Shown: positions 30,432-40,532 of the stretch, piece by piece
How the letters are laid out: each line of letters begins with the position of its first letter
Position numbering within the stretch: position 1 is the first letter of the stretch
DNA from: Mobula hypostoma
Lineage: Eukaryota
NCBI RefSeq assembly: GCF_963921235.1
Contig: NC_086108.1
Coordinates: 9,796,001-9,860,000, forward strand
DNA: 64,000 nt
Reading direction: 5' to 3'
Notes under the pieces: model-generated
What the model saw: only the letters and a program-made list of their open reading frames with translations
Told to the model about the DNA's origin: nothing
Database searches by the model: none
Program-made: the position numbers and the translations under genes

Positions 30432-31289
30432 TGTTATGTACCCCGTAACTGGGTTGCCAAACCAGCAGAAATGGATCACTCAGTTGGAGTTTGGATTACT
30501 AGAACTAAGGAAGTTTTATTAAAGAAACAAGCAACACAGTACTCTAATCAAAAGGATAATAAATGCAACAGTTCAGCAATGATAAACACACATGTACACA
30601 GAATTAAGATAACAGGATTAATCAAGCTCTATCGTTGTCTAGGGGTACATGACCAGTTTCAAAATGACGCAAAGTTCAGTTCAATTGAGTTCAGTTCAGT
30701 TCACAGTAATCACTGCTGTGGGAGATGGACAGTGGGGGGAAGGAGAGAGAGAGCAAAAACGAATGAATATTCAAACGGCTTCCACACAGACCTTCGACAT
30801 TCTTCGCAGTCAGCTTTCGGGCGAGCCTTTTGTGATGTCATCTGAGGTCACCGACCGTGACCCCTCCATTTCCAGATACGATCATTTCCCTGCGCTGAAC
30901 CCGGCACCCAGGCAAGGGTGGACACACACCAGGTTCCCGCTGATCGTGCCTTTCCACCCTGTGCGTCTATGGCCCGATACTTCCCACCGACTTGTGAGAG
31001 GCGCACCGCTTCCAGGGTCTCGTTACCTCGGGTGTCGTGTGTGTCCTGCCTTAGCGAACCTGTCCCGTTTTATCCCCCTGCTGGGGTATCGCCTGTCCAT
31101 CACTTCAAACAGTTCAGGGTTCAAAGGGGGAGCCGCTCTAGACAGCTCTCTCTCCCGTCCCTTCATTACACATCTCCAAATGTTGCTCTATTGTTTTCCT
31201 TATCTCTCTCTCTCCTGTAGACAGGTGGCAGACCAACTGCTGATCACACAGGACAGATAACATCTTAATCTATGTGTATTCTTGTCACA
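30432..31289 (-). repeat. 5' LTR (858 bp)
   Basis: Runs TGTTATGTACCCCG...CTTGTCACA. Colinear with 26494-27340 apart from scattered substitutions and small indels. Confidence 0.95.
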
Positions 31290-31789
31290 AACCAAAGGAG
31301 ATAAATTCACTCAACTTTACTCACCCCATCACTGAAATGTTCCCACAACCTTTGGACTCACTTTCAGGGACTCTTCATCTCATCTTCTCAATATTTATTG
31401 CTTTTTTTCACTACTTTCTTCTTCTTGTCTTTGCACAGTTTGTTGTATTGTGCCCTCTGGTTGAACACCCTAGTTGGTGCGATTTTCCGTTGATTTTGTT
31501 ATGGTTATTAGATTTGCTGAGTTTGCCCACAGGAAAGTGAATCTCAGTGTTGTGTATGATGCCAGATATGTACTTTGATAATGAATTTGCTTTGAACTTT
31601 TTCAGACACTGCTTGACCTGCTGATTTCCGTAGCATTTAGTGACTGTCGCTCTGGAGATGCATAGTCCTGTTTTCCAGCTTGCTCTCTGCTTTGCCATCA
31701 CAGGAGATGATTCTACCTATTGCTGCTTGGAACAAGACGAAGGAGCAGAATTAGACCATTCGGCCCTTCAGGTTTGTTCTTGAAAGCAC

Positions 31790-32025
31790 TGGCACAACCA
31801 GTAGCGTAGAGGTTAGCACAATGCTTTACAATACCAGTGACCCGGGCTCAATCTCAGTTGCTGTGTGTAAGGAAGTTTGTACGTTCTCCCCTTGACCACG
31901 TGGGTTTCCTCCGGGTGCTCCAGTTTCCTCCCACAGTCCAAAGACGTACCGGTTAGTAGGTTAATTCGTCACTGTAAATTGTCCCGTGATTAGGCCAGGG
32001 TTAAATAGGTGGGTCGCTGAGTGGT
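31790..32025 (+). mobile_element. tRNA-derived V-SINE, 5' part (probable 3' remainder at ~34760-34830)
   Basis: tRNA-like head (TAGCGTAGAGG...GGCTCAATCTC) plus the V-domain CGTGGGTTTCCTCCGGGTGCTCCAGTTTCCTCCCACAGTCCAAAGAC. A matching tail GGGCTGGAAGGGCCTGTTTC...(TAAA)n ends at ~34830. Confidence 0.85.
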
Positions 32026-32029
32026 CCAT

Positions 32030-34745
32030 GTCTCCTGCTGTGGACCATTGACCACTCATCAACCCACCTTTTCAACCCTAGCAGGAAACATGGACAGACT
32101 TCGAAGAAGGATAAAAACCATTAGACGCAAAGTCAAAACGAATTAAGGAGAAACTTCAACTGGCATATACTGAAGCTGACAAGAAAGTGAAGAGACTTAC
32201 AAGAAAGGGTAAGGCCTTGTACAGGAGGCCGCAGCAGCAGCCAATCAAGGTGATCCATGAAATATATACAAGATTTCAAAATTGATATGTGGAAAGTTCC
32301 AGGCCAGATCCAGAGGTCCCGTGAGCGGTAAGAACAGTCCGCTTTTGACAACCGAGAAAGAGCAAGAAACACAATGGACAGAATACTTCAGGGAATTACT
32401 AAATAGACCGCCACCAAATGAAGAACCTGCCATAAGTCCATAAGACATAGGAGTGGAATCAGGTCATTCAGCCCATTGAGTCTACTCTGCCATTCCATCA
32501 TGGCTGATCCCGGATCCCACTCAACCCGGTATACCTGCCTTCTCGCCGTATCCTTTGATGCCCCGACCGATCAGGAAATGATCAACTTCTACCTTAAATA
32601 TACTCCCGGACTTGGCCTCCACTGCAGCCTGTGGCAGAGCATTCCACAGATTCATCACTCTTTGGCTAAAAAAATTCCTCCTATACCTCTGTTCTAAAGG
32701 ATTGCTCCTCAATTTTAAGGCTGTGCCCTCTAGTTATGGTTTCCCCTCCATAGGAAACATCCTCTCCACATCCACCCTCTCTGGTCCTTTCAACATTTGG
32801 TAGGTTTCAATCAAACCCCCCCCCCCACATTATTCTAATTCCAGTGAGTCCAGGCCAAAAGCTGCCAAATGCTCCTCATATGTTAACCCCTTCATTCCTG
32901 AAATCACCCTTGTGAACCTCTTCTGGACTCTCTCCAATGAAAACACATCCTTTGTGAGATAAGGGGCCCATACTCCAAGTGCAGCCGGACTAATGTCTTA
33001 CAAAGCTTCAGCGTTATTTCCATTTTATATTCTATCCCCTTTGAAATAAATGCCAACATTGCGTTTACCTTCTTTATCACAGGTTTAAACTATAAGATAA
33101 CCTTCTGGGAGTCTTGCACAAAGACTCCTAAGTCCCTCTGCACCTCTGATGTTTGAAGCTTCTCCCCATTTAGATAATAGTCCGCACTATTGTTCCTTTT
33201 ACCAAAATGCATTATCGTACAAACTTTGTACATTTCCCAACACTATCTGCCACTGTTTTGCCCATTCTTCCAATTTGTCAAACTCCTTCTGCAATCACAT
33301 TACTTCCTCAGAACTACCTACCCCTCCATCTATCTTCGTATTATTCACAAAGGTTACCACAAAACCATCAATTCCATTATCCAAATCATTGTCCAACAAT
33401 GTGAAAGGTAATGGTCCCAATACTGACTCCTGAAAAGCACCTCTAGTCACCGACAGCCAACCAGAAAGGCCTTTTTTATTCCCGCTTATCAAATGTCCAA
33501 GTAAATGACATCCCCTGCCTCTCCTTTGTCCACCCTGCTTGTTACTTCCTCTAACAGATTTGCCAGGAAAGATTTCCCTTTACAGAAACCATGCTGACTT
33601 TGACTTATTTTATCATTAGTCTCCAAGTGCCCTGAAACCTCATCCTTAATGATAGACTCCAACATTTTCCCAGCCACTGAGGTTAGGCTAACTGGCCTAT
33701 AACTTCTTTTCTTTTGCCTTCCTCCCTTCTTAAAGAGTGGAGTGACATTTGCAATCTTCCAGTCCTCTGGAATCATGCTAGAATCAAGTGATTCTTGAAG
33801 ATCATAACCAATGCATTGGTTATCTCTTCAGCAACCTCTCTCAGGACCCTGGGGCGTAGTCCATGTGACTTAACCACCTTAAGACCTTTGAGTCTGCCTA
33901 GCACTTTTTTGCTTTGTAATAGCAATGGCACTCACTCCAGTTCCCTGACACTCACAGACCCTTGGCACACTTCTATAGTGAAGACAGATGGAAAGTACCC
34001 ATTAAGTTTATCTGCCATTTCTTTGTCCCCCATTCCTACCTCACCAGCATCATTTTCCAGTGGTCCAATATTAACTCTCACCTCTCTTTTACTCTTTATA
34101 TAACTGAAAAAAAACTTTCGATATCCTGCTTTATATTATTGGCTAGTTTGCCCTCATATTTCATCTTTACTCTTCTTATAGCTTTCTTAGTTGCCTTTTG
34201 TTGTATTTTAAAAGCTTCTCAATCATCCAACTTCCCAATCACTTTTTTTTTTGCCTTATATGCCTTTTCCTTGGTATTTATGCAGTCCTTGACTTCCCTT
34301 GTTAGCCACGGTTGTCTGCCCCTGCCATTTGAGAACTTCTTCTTCTGTGAGACACAGCTATCCTGCGCCTTGTGAACTATTCCCAGAAACTTCAGCCATC
34401 TCTGCTCTGCCATCATCCCCGTCCCCGTACTGATGCACGTGACTTATGCTTCTCCCTCTCAAATTGCAGTATGAGTTCACTACCTCCTAAGGGTTCCTTT
34501 ACATTAAGCTCCCTAATTAGATCAGGGTTAATGCACATCTAAGATGGCCTTTCCCCAAGTAGGCTCAAGCACAAGCTGCTCGAAAAAGCCATCTCGTAGG
34601 CATACAACACAGCTTGGTGCCGTAGTGTAGATGCAGATGTGTGGACCCTGAACCACACCTGGGGCACTATGGAGAAGACAGCCTCGGACAAACAGAGAGG
34701 GAGGACCTTCATTGTTGCCCCAAATGCCTGTGGCGTAATGGGTAG
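32030..34745 (+). mobile_element. Decayed RTE-clade LINE in two pieces (~32030-32435, ~34605-34745) flanking a CR1
   Basis: Left piece reads TTEKEQETQWTEYFRELLNRPPPNEE. Right piece reads W.RSV.A...TLNHTWGTMEKTASDKQRGRTFIVA, an RTE ORF C-terminus. Confidence 0.65.
32436..34600 (-). mobile_element. CR1 LINE, decayed, with internal deletions
   Basis: Minus-strand ORFs PEDWKIANVTPLFKKG..YRPVSLTSV..SQHGF and FFSQRVMNLWNALP. Tail reads CATAAGTCCATAAGACATAGG on the plus strand. Confidence 0.9.
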
Positions 34746-35012
34746 CTGGTGGTGATGCTGATTGCCGGTGGTGCGTCTCACTGGGCTGGAAGGGCCTGTT
34801 TCAAGCAGTATCTCTAAATAAATAAATAAACACATTTATTATTTATTGCCAATTATACTCTTTTTATGTATTGCACCAAACTTCTGCTGCAAAACAACAA
34901 ACTTTATGGCAGCTGACAGTGACAATAAATCTGATTCCAATACTGAACTGATGGCCAGGGTGGGAATGACTGACACGAGCGTGTATAATTTTCAGGTGAT
35001 TGGAGGGAAATG

Positions 35013-35325
35013 TGAGCACGTGGCCAAGTGGTTAAGGCATTGGACAAGCTACCAGGAGGTCGTGAGTTCAAGCCCCAGCTGAGGGAACGTGTTGTGTCCT
35101 TGAGCAAGGCACTTAACCACACATTGCTCTGCGACGACACCGGTGCCAAGCTGTATGGGTCCTAATGCCCTTCCCTTGGACAACATTGGTGTCGTGGAGA
35201 GGGGAGACTTGCAGCATGGGCAACTGCTGATCTTCCATACAACCTTGCCCAGGTCTGCGCCCTGGAGAGTGAAGACTTTCCAGGCGCAAATCCAGTGTCT
35301 CGCAAGACTAACGGATGCCTTAAAA
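35013..35325 (+). mobile_element. tRNA-derived SINE with a CORE-like central domain, inserted in a CR1 3' fragment
   Basis: Box A TGGCCAAGTGG (35021-31), box B GAGTTCAAGCC (35064-74), central GTGTCCTTGAGCAAGGCACTTAACC. Flanking direct repeat TGGAGGGAA at 35001-09 and 35326-34. Confidence 0.8.
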
Positions 35326-35560
35326 TGGAGGGAACTATAGGGAGGATGTTTGAGGTAGGTTTTTTACTCCGGGTGGTGAGTATTGGGGAATGTACTGTCG
35401 GGGCTGGTGGAGCCAGATACATTAGGGGCACTTCAGAGATTCTTAGATAGCACATGGATGATGGAAAACTGGAGGGCTATGTGGGAGGGAAGGGTTAAAT
35501 AGATCTTGGAGTTGGTTGGCACAACGTCGTGGGCCAAAGGCCCTGTACTGTGTTCTAATG
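35326..35560 (+). mobile_element. Decayed CR1 3' fragment
   Basis: TTTTTTACTCCGGGTGGTGAGT...TTAGATAGCACATGGATG...GTGGGCCAAAGGCCCTGTACTGTG pattern of CR1 3' ends. Confidence 0.7.
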
Positions 35561-35796
35561 CTTCCAGAGTTGTGTGTTAAATCAGACAACACAGAAGCAG
35601 AATTAGGCCATTTAGCCCTATTGAGTTCGCTCTACCATTCGATCAGGGCAGGTTATTTTCTACCCCATCCTTCTGCCTTCTCCCTGCCTCCCTTAACCCA
35701 CACTCCTCGCCTTACCAATCAATGCTGTTGGTGTGTTCTTCAATTTCAACACCTGCAGTCTCTCATGCCTCAAAGGTTTCAAGGTACATTTATTTA

Positions 35797-37264
35797 CTGG
35801 ACAACAAGTCTCTTCTTCAGTTTTGCTTCCTCAGAATTTTTTTTTGGTGATTATTATAGACTGATTGTAGCTGAACACAAACATAATTTCAGACTACTTG
35901 TATCATGTAGGAATTTGGAGAAACAAGAAATTAACTTTTATTAATATAATGCATTTAATGGTATAATGGTGCAGATGCTTTGCAATAGTTTAACTAAGCT
36001 AAGAATGTTTTGTTGATGATTTTCATTTGTACTCAGTGTCTGAGGCTTTTTGCTTAAATGTCCAACAATAATCACCCAGCATTGATGGATTCCAGTTGCC
36101 CTGATAGCGTTTCTCCATGGCCACAATGTCCTGGTGAAATCTTTCACCGTGCTCGTCACTGACAGAGCCAAGATTTGCAGGGAAGAAGTCTAAATGGGAA
36201 TGCAGAAAATGAATCATTAGTGACATGTTACACTTCATGGTTTTGTATGCTTGAAGCATGTTGTCAACCGGCTTCATGTAGTTTTTGCTCTGCAGTTGCT
36301 TAGAAATCTTTCAGCAACATCCTTGAATGCCTTCCATGCAATTTTCTCCAGTCCCAGTAGAAGTTCTTCAAATTGCCTGTCATTGATGACCTGTTTGATT
36401 TGTGGACCAACAAGAATGCCTTCCTTAATCTTGGCATTAGTTTTTTCTGATTTGAATTATGAATTAAAATAACACATTTAGGCAATTTAAAAAATGGTGC
36501 ATGATGGGGAAATTTCATAGGCATTTTCATGAAATCCATAAGAGTTGCAGAGAAGATGGCGGCGTGACGCAGCGCGTAGCAGCCACTCTGGGATGAATAT
36601 CCGTTATTTGTTAAGTAGGATGCCATGCACGATCCTGATTTGATGGAGACAGACGTGAGAAGCACGGAGGAACATCTGGAGAAACTTCTGAAATCCCGCT
36701 TCGCTGCCGCTGCTAATGTGCGATCCAGAATCTCTGGAGGGGAAGGCCCCGAGTCCTTGGCTTTGCCTGCTGCTTGGCGGCCGGGGCCGGGGTCGAAGCG
36801 CTCGGTAGAGATGGTGCTCGGTGTTGGAGGGCTGGTCGGAGGCTTGGAGTTTTCGGACGGACTCAGAGTCGGCTGTGGTCGGGTGCTTCCGGGGTGCTGC
36901 ATCGGCAAGTTTGCGGCGCTGGAGGTTCATGGCAGGGAGAGTTTTTCTTCCTTCTACCGTCTGCGTGAGATGATGGGGCTATCGGGAATTGGAGACTTTT
37001 CTTTTGACCGTGCCCATGGTCTGTTCTTTATCAAATTATGGTATTGCTTTGCACTGTTGTAACTATATGTTATAATTATGTGGTTTTGTCAGTTTTAGTC
37101 TTGGTCTGTCTAGTGTTTCTGTGATATCATACTGGAGGAACATTGTATCATTTCTTAATGCATACATTACTAAATGACAATAAACGAGGACTGAGTGTCC
37201 TCATAATCTAAAAAAATGATACACAAAAAAAGTATTCAGGAAGCAAGATCTTTGTAATCCAGTG
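35797..37264 (-). mobile_element. CMC/Chapaev3-like DNA transposon, internally deleted
   Basis: ORF 36023-36277 reads CNMSLMIHFLHSHLDFFPANLGSVSDEHGERFHQDI..MEKRYQG.W..MLGDYCW. Imperfect TIRs: [CA]CTGGA..ACAA...TTGCTTCCT at left, AGGAAGCAA...TTGTAATCCAGTG at right. TTA on both flanks. Family name is from recall of the motif. Confidence 0.75.
36544..37216 (+). mobile_element. Non-coding non-autonomous retroposon inserted in the DNA transposon
   Basis: Starts near AAGATGGCGGCG, has a CpG-rich body and ends AATGACAATAAA...AATCTAAAAAAA. It separates the transposase remnant from the right TIR. Confidence 0.6.
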
Positions 37265-37688
37265 TTATCAAAGAATGGATGCAGTTTACAACTCTGAGAT
37301 TTGTTTGACCCACAAACAGCCACAAAACAACAATCCACAGAGTCCACTTAAAGAAAAAACATCAAACAACTCCCTCCCCCCACGTGGAAAGTCAAAACAA
37401 ATTGCACAAATGGCATAAAAATAAACGACTGAATGTAAAACACAAAATCAAAGGCATATTCAGTTCAGCTCAGTGTTCATTACCTGCAGGTTGCCTGATT
37501 CAAAAATTGCCCAAAACAGCAGCAAAAAATGGAGCCCCCAGAAACCAGAAACACATTATAACTCGAGTTAGAGTCCAACCCACAAAATGTGTCGACTGAA
37601 CCTTACCCTGCCACCATTCTCCAACAGCAGCACGAGAGAAACAGAACGCATGAATGAAAGATCCTTTCCTTGGGAGCAGCAACTGAGA

Positions 37689-37692
<4 letters not shown>

Positions 37693-37726
<34 letters not shown>

Positions 37727-37745
37727 AAAGAAAGAAAGAAAAAAA
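37693..37745. repeat. (GA)n/(GAAA)n microsatellite
   Basis: Directly visible. Confidence 0.95.
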
Positions 37746-39255
37746 CCACACGCAGACTGCCACATCCGGAGGCATCGAGCGTGAGGCTGGTAGTTAGTAC
37801 TGAACATCTGCTTCAATGATTATTTTCTTCTTCAGTGCTTGAATAGGCAAGACCGGCAATAAATGGAGTCGATCACGGGCTCGCATCCCATCTCCAGGCT
37901 CCCTGCTTTGCTCGCAGCCTTGTGGATCTTTCTCAGAGACAGCGAAGTGCCAGATTGCTTGATCGGCTGAAAACCACACTGCTAGGATGTACTGCGTTCA
38001 ACAGTAGCAGAACCACATCCAGGATTGGATCAAAGGATCTACTACTACTACTACGTCGACTCAGGCCTGGGGGGCCGGCGTCGGGCACGATGACTGACTC
38101 TCCACTTCTCCCTCTCCCTCATCAGTGTGTTCAGTTCATCTACATTAGCCACGCCGCTGCCTTCTAGGAGCATGTTGACCATAGTCTTGGGAGGGCGCCC
38201 AGGGTTCATCCTCCCGTGCTTGGGCTCCCATATGACGACTAGGCTGGCAGGTAGCTCGGGGTGGCGTAGACAGTGCCCCACTAGTTGCAGTCTTCTCGTC
38301 TCGATTTTAGTGGAGAGCATCGGTAGGTCGTTATAGAGCTTGATGTTCATCATGTGCTGTTGCCTACTCATGTCAAGAGCCATCCGGAGCATTCGTGTAT
38401 AGCAACCATCTAGAGACTTTCGCATAGTCTTGGTGAGTGTCCACGTCTCACATCCGTACGTGAGAATGGACTCTATGACTGCTATGAAAATCCTCTTTTT
38501 AAGCCCTCTGGTCAGGTTCGACTTCCAGATTTCCTTCATGTCGTTCATAGCCCTCCACGCCAGCGCCTTCCATATCTTTATGTCCTTCTCCGAACTCATC
38601 ATTCTTGACCTGAGGTACTTGTAGTCAAAGACTTTCTTAATGGTATCATTCTTTATGGTCTTGAGAGTACCTTCATCACAGTTAAACGCCATGTACTCTG
38701 TCTTTTTAGTGTTTAGGTGAAGTCCAACTTTATTGCACTCAATTTCCACTTTTGTCAGTAGCTGCTGTGCTTCCTCCATCTGGTCAGAGAGCAGGACTAT
38801 GTCATCTGCAAAATCGAGATCTGTGAGCATAACTGGTCTGACCCTTTTGGTTCGTCCTGGTTTTATGGTAAAACCAAGCTTGTCATGATCTTTGGTAGCT
38901 TGATGCAGAGCGTAATCAAGGACGATTATATAGATGTAGGGTGCCAGAGTGTCTCCTTGCAGCACACCAGCTAGGAGCTCGAACACTGCTGTTTCTCCGT
39001 CTGGTGATACAACTTCCGCCATGGTTTTGGTATAGCTAGACTCTATTGCTCTCAGTAGATGGTCTGGCGGATTCTGCAGGGAGCGCTCATGGAGTGAGGT
39101 CGTCTCTCTGGCTTCTCTCCATTCCCGTTATCCTTTTTAACCTATGATCTCCTTGATTTAATCAACCTTAAGTACACCAGAAGACTTACTTTATCTCTCT
39201 GACTTACTGATTAATTGATTTCCTTTTGTCAACTGCAACTTTTGAGCTTAAAGAA

Positions 39256-40149
39256 ATGAGTACGAGATCTAAAACCAAAGATGGGAAAGACGCTGATGGG
39301 AACGGAGGAAAGAAGAAAGGTGACTCTAAACAAACGGAATTAACTTACGAAGTTATGATGAAGTGTTTGGAGGAAATGTTTGAGCAGCATCAGATAAAAT
39401 TATCTGAAAGTTTAACTGCTCAATTTGAACAACATTGTCAAAGCCTCAATGAAGATTTAAAATCAATCACTGATTCTTTGAAATCCCTGAATTCTGATGT
39501 TCAAAAACACGATGCAAAAATTTCTGAGCTGGATACTAAATCTCAGAAGACGGATAGAAAAGTTGAGATCTTAGAGAAGAATCTAGCTTCGACTGCTAAA
39601 CAGCTCCAACAACTTAAATCCAAAGTTATTGATCTTGAGAATCGATCGAGAAGACAAAATTTACGTTTAATTGGCTTACCCGAGGACGTTGAGGTTGGAG
39701 GTCCTGTAATATTCTTTGCTCAACTTTTAAAGGATTCGTTCGGTTCAGTTTTTCCCAACGATCCTCCATCACTCGACCGCGCCCATCGTATACCGTGGGT
39801 AAAGTCGGCAGCGGCTGTTTCCAAACCCAGACCACTTATTCTTCATTTCCATTATGTTAATGTTAAAGAACAACTTCTCCAGACTGCTCGTCGACAAAGG
39901 ATGATCAAGTATCGCCAGCATTCCTTCAGGATAGTTCAAGACTATAGTCCTGAAGTGATGAAGGAACGACTGACTTTTAAACCTTTAATGTCGGAATGCT
40001 ATCAAAAAAATCTCAAACCGGCACTATTGTACCCTGCACGACTCAGAATCTCTCTTCCTGATGGAAATCGTCGTGTCTTCCACTCTACAACTGCCGCTCG
40101 AAGGTTTTTGGATGATAATTTCCCATCTGATACAGACACCCTCTCTTAA
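39256..40149 (+). CDS. L1 ORF1p (coiled coil plus RRM/CTD RNA-binding protein), uninterrupted
   Basis: Coiled coil followed by DLENRSRRQNLRLIGLPE, LDRAHR, PRPLI and LLYPARLRI. First ATG at 39256. Confidence 0.9.
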   Translation: MSTRSKTKDGKDADGNGGKKKGDSKQTELTYEVMMKCLEEMFEQHQIKLSESLTAQFEQHCQSLNEDLKSITDSLKSLNSDVQKHDAKISELDTKSQKTDRKVEILEKNLASTAKQLQQLKSKVIDLENRSRRQNLRLIGLPEDVEVGGPVIFFAQLLKDSFGSVFPNDPPSLDRAHRIPWVKSAAAVSKPRPLILHFHYVNVKEQLLQTARRQRMIKYRQHSFRIVQDYSPEVMKERLTFKPLMSECYQKNLKPALLYPARLRISLPDGNRRVFHSTTAARRFLDDNFPSDTDTLS

Positions 40150-40532
40150 TTTGTGTCTGGTGTTTCCAGCACCAATTTTTTTTTCTCTCTGGTGTTTTTC
40201 TTCAAAATAAACCTTCTACTACTGTGCGATGAAGGTTTTTTATAAGTCTAAGATTTTTGTTCTTTGTTTATTACTATAGTGATTATTCTATAACTTATAT
40301 AGAATATTTATCTCCTGTGAGTAACATCATTTTCCCTCAGTTAACCTTTTGTTTTAACTTTTCCTTTTTCGTTATTACTAATGATCCGATCCGACGGTCA
40401 TTTGTAGTTATATGTTTCCTATTTTTGGTTTTCGCATAATTAAAATGGCGACTTGTCTTTCTTTTTGTATAATCTCCTTTGTTTTTTTTGGGACGCCATG
40501 CTCTTATGCTTCTTCTTCCCATAATCCATTTT

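Larger units (their letters stand above)
26494..31289 (-). mobile_element. Gypsy (Gmr1-like) LTR retrotransposon, internally deleted and non-autonomous, both LTRs present
   Basis: Two TG...CA direct repeats (26494-27340, 30432-31289). 4-bp TSD AACC at 26490-26493 and 31290-31293. PBS and PPT on the minus strand. Domain order gag-protease-integrase remnant-RT remnant-RNaseH remnant. Confidence 0.95.
25392..31600 (+). mobile_element. Rex1/Babar-clade LINE 3' fragment in three pieces (~25392-25474, ~26185-26493, ~31290-31600), interrupted by a CR1 and an LTR element
   Basis: Pieces read as decayed KK..LYFL / KTL.NF.RCMVE.IL / LLPS.RRYRSLRTHT.RFRNS....TIRLLN, the typical Rex1 C-terminus. The 3' UTR resumes after the LTR element's AACC duplication. 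Confidence 0.7.

Noticed and set aside
35013..35085. tRNA gene
   Set aside because: A and B boxes are present, but the sequence runs into a SINE body with a flanking duplication and has no clean cloverleaf. The same applies to 31790-31860.
36300..37062. Overlapping 202/145/108-aa ORFs as a host gene
   Set aside because: They arise from the GC-rich retroposon insert and cross its boundary into the transposon; no domain motifs.
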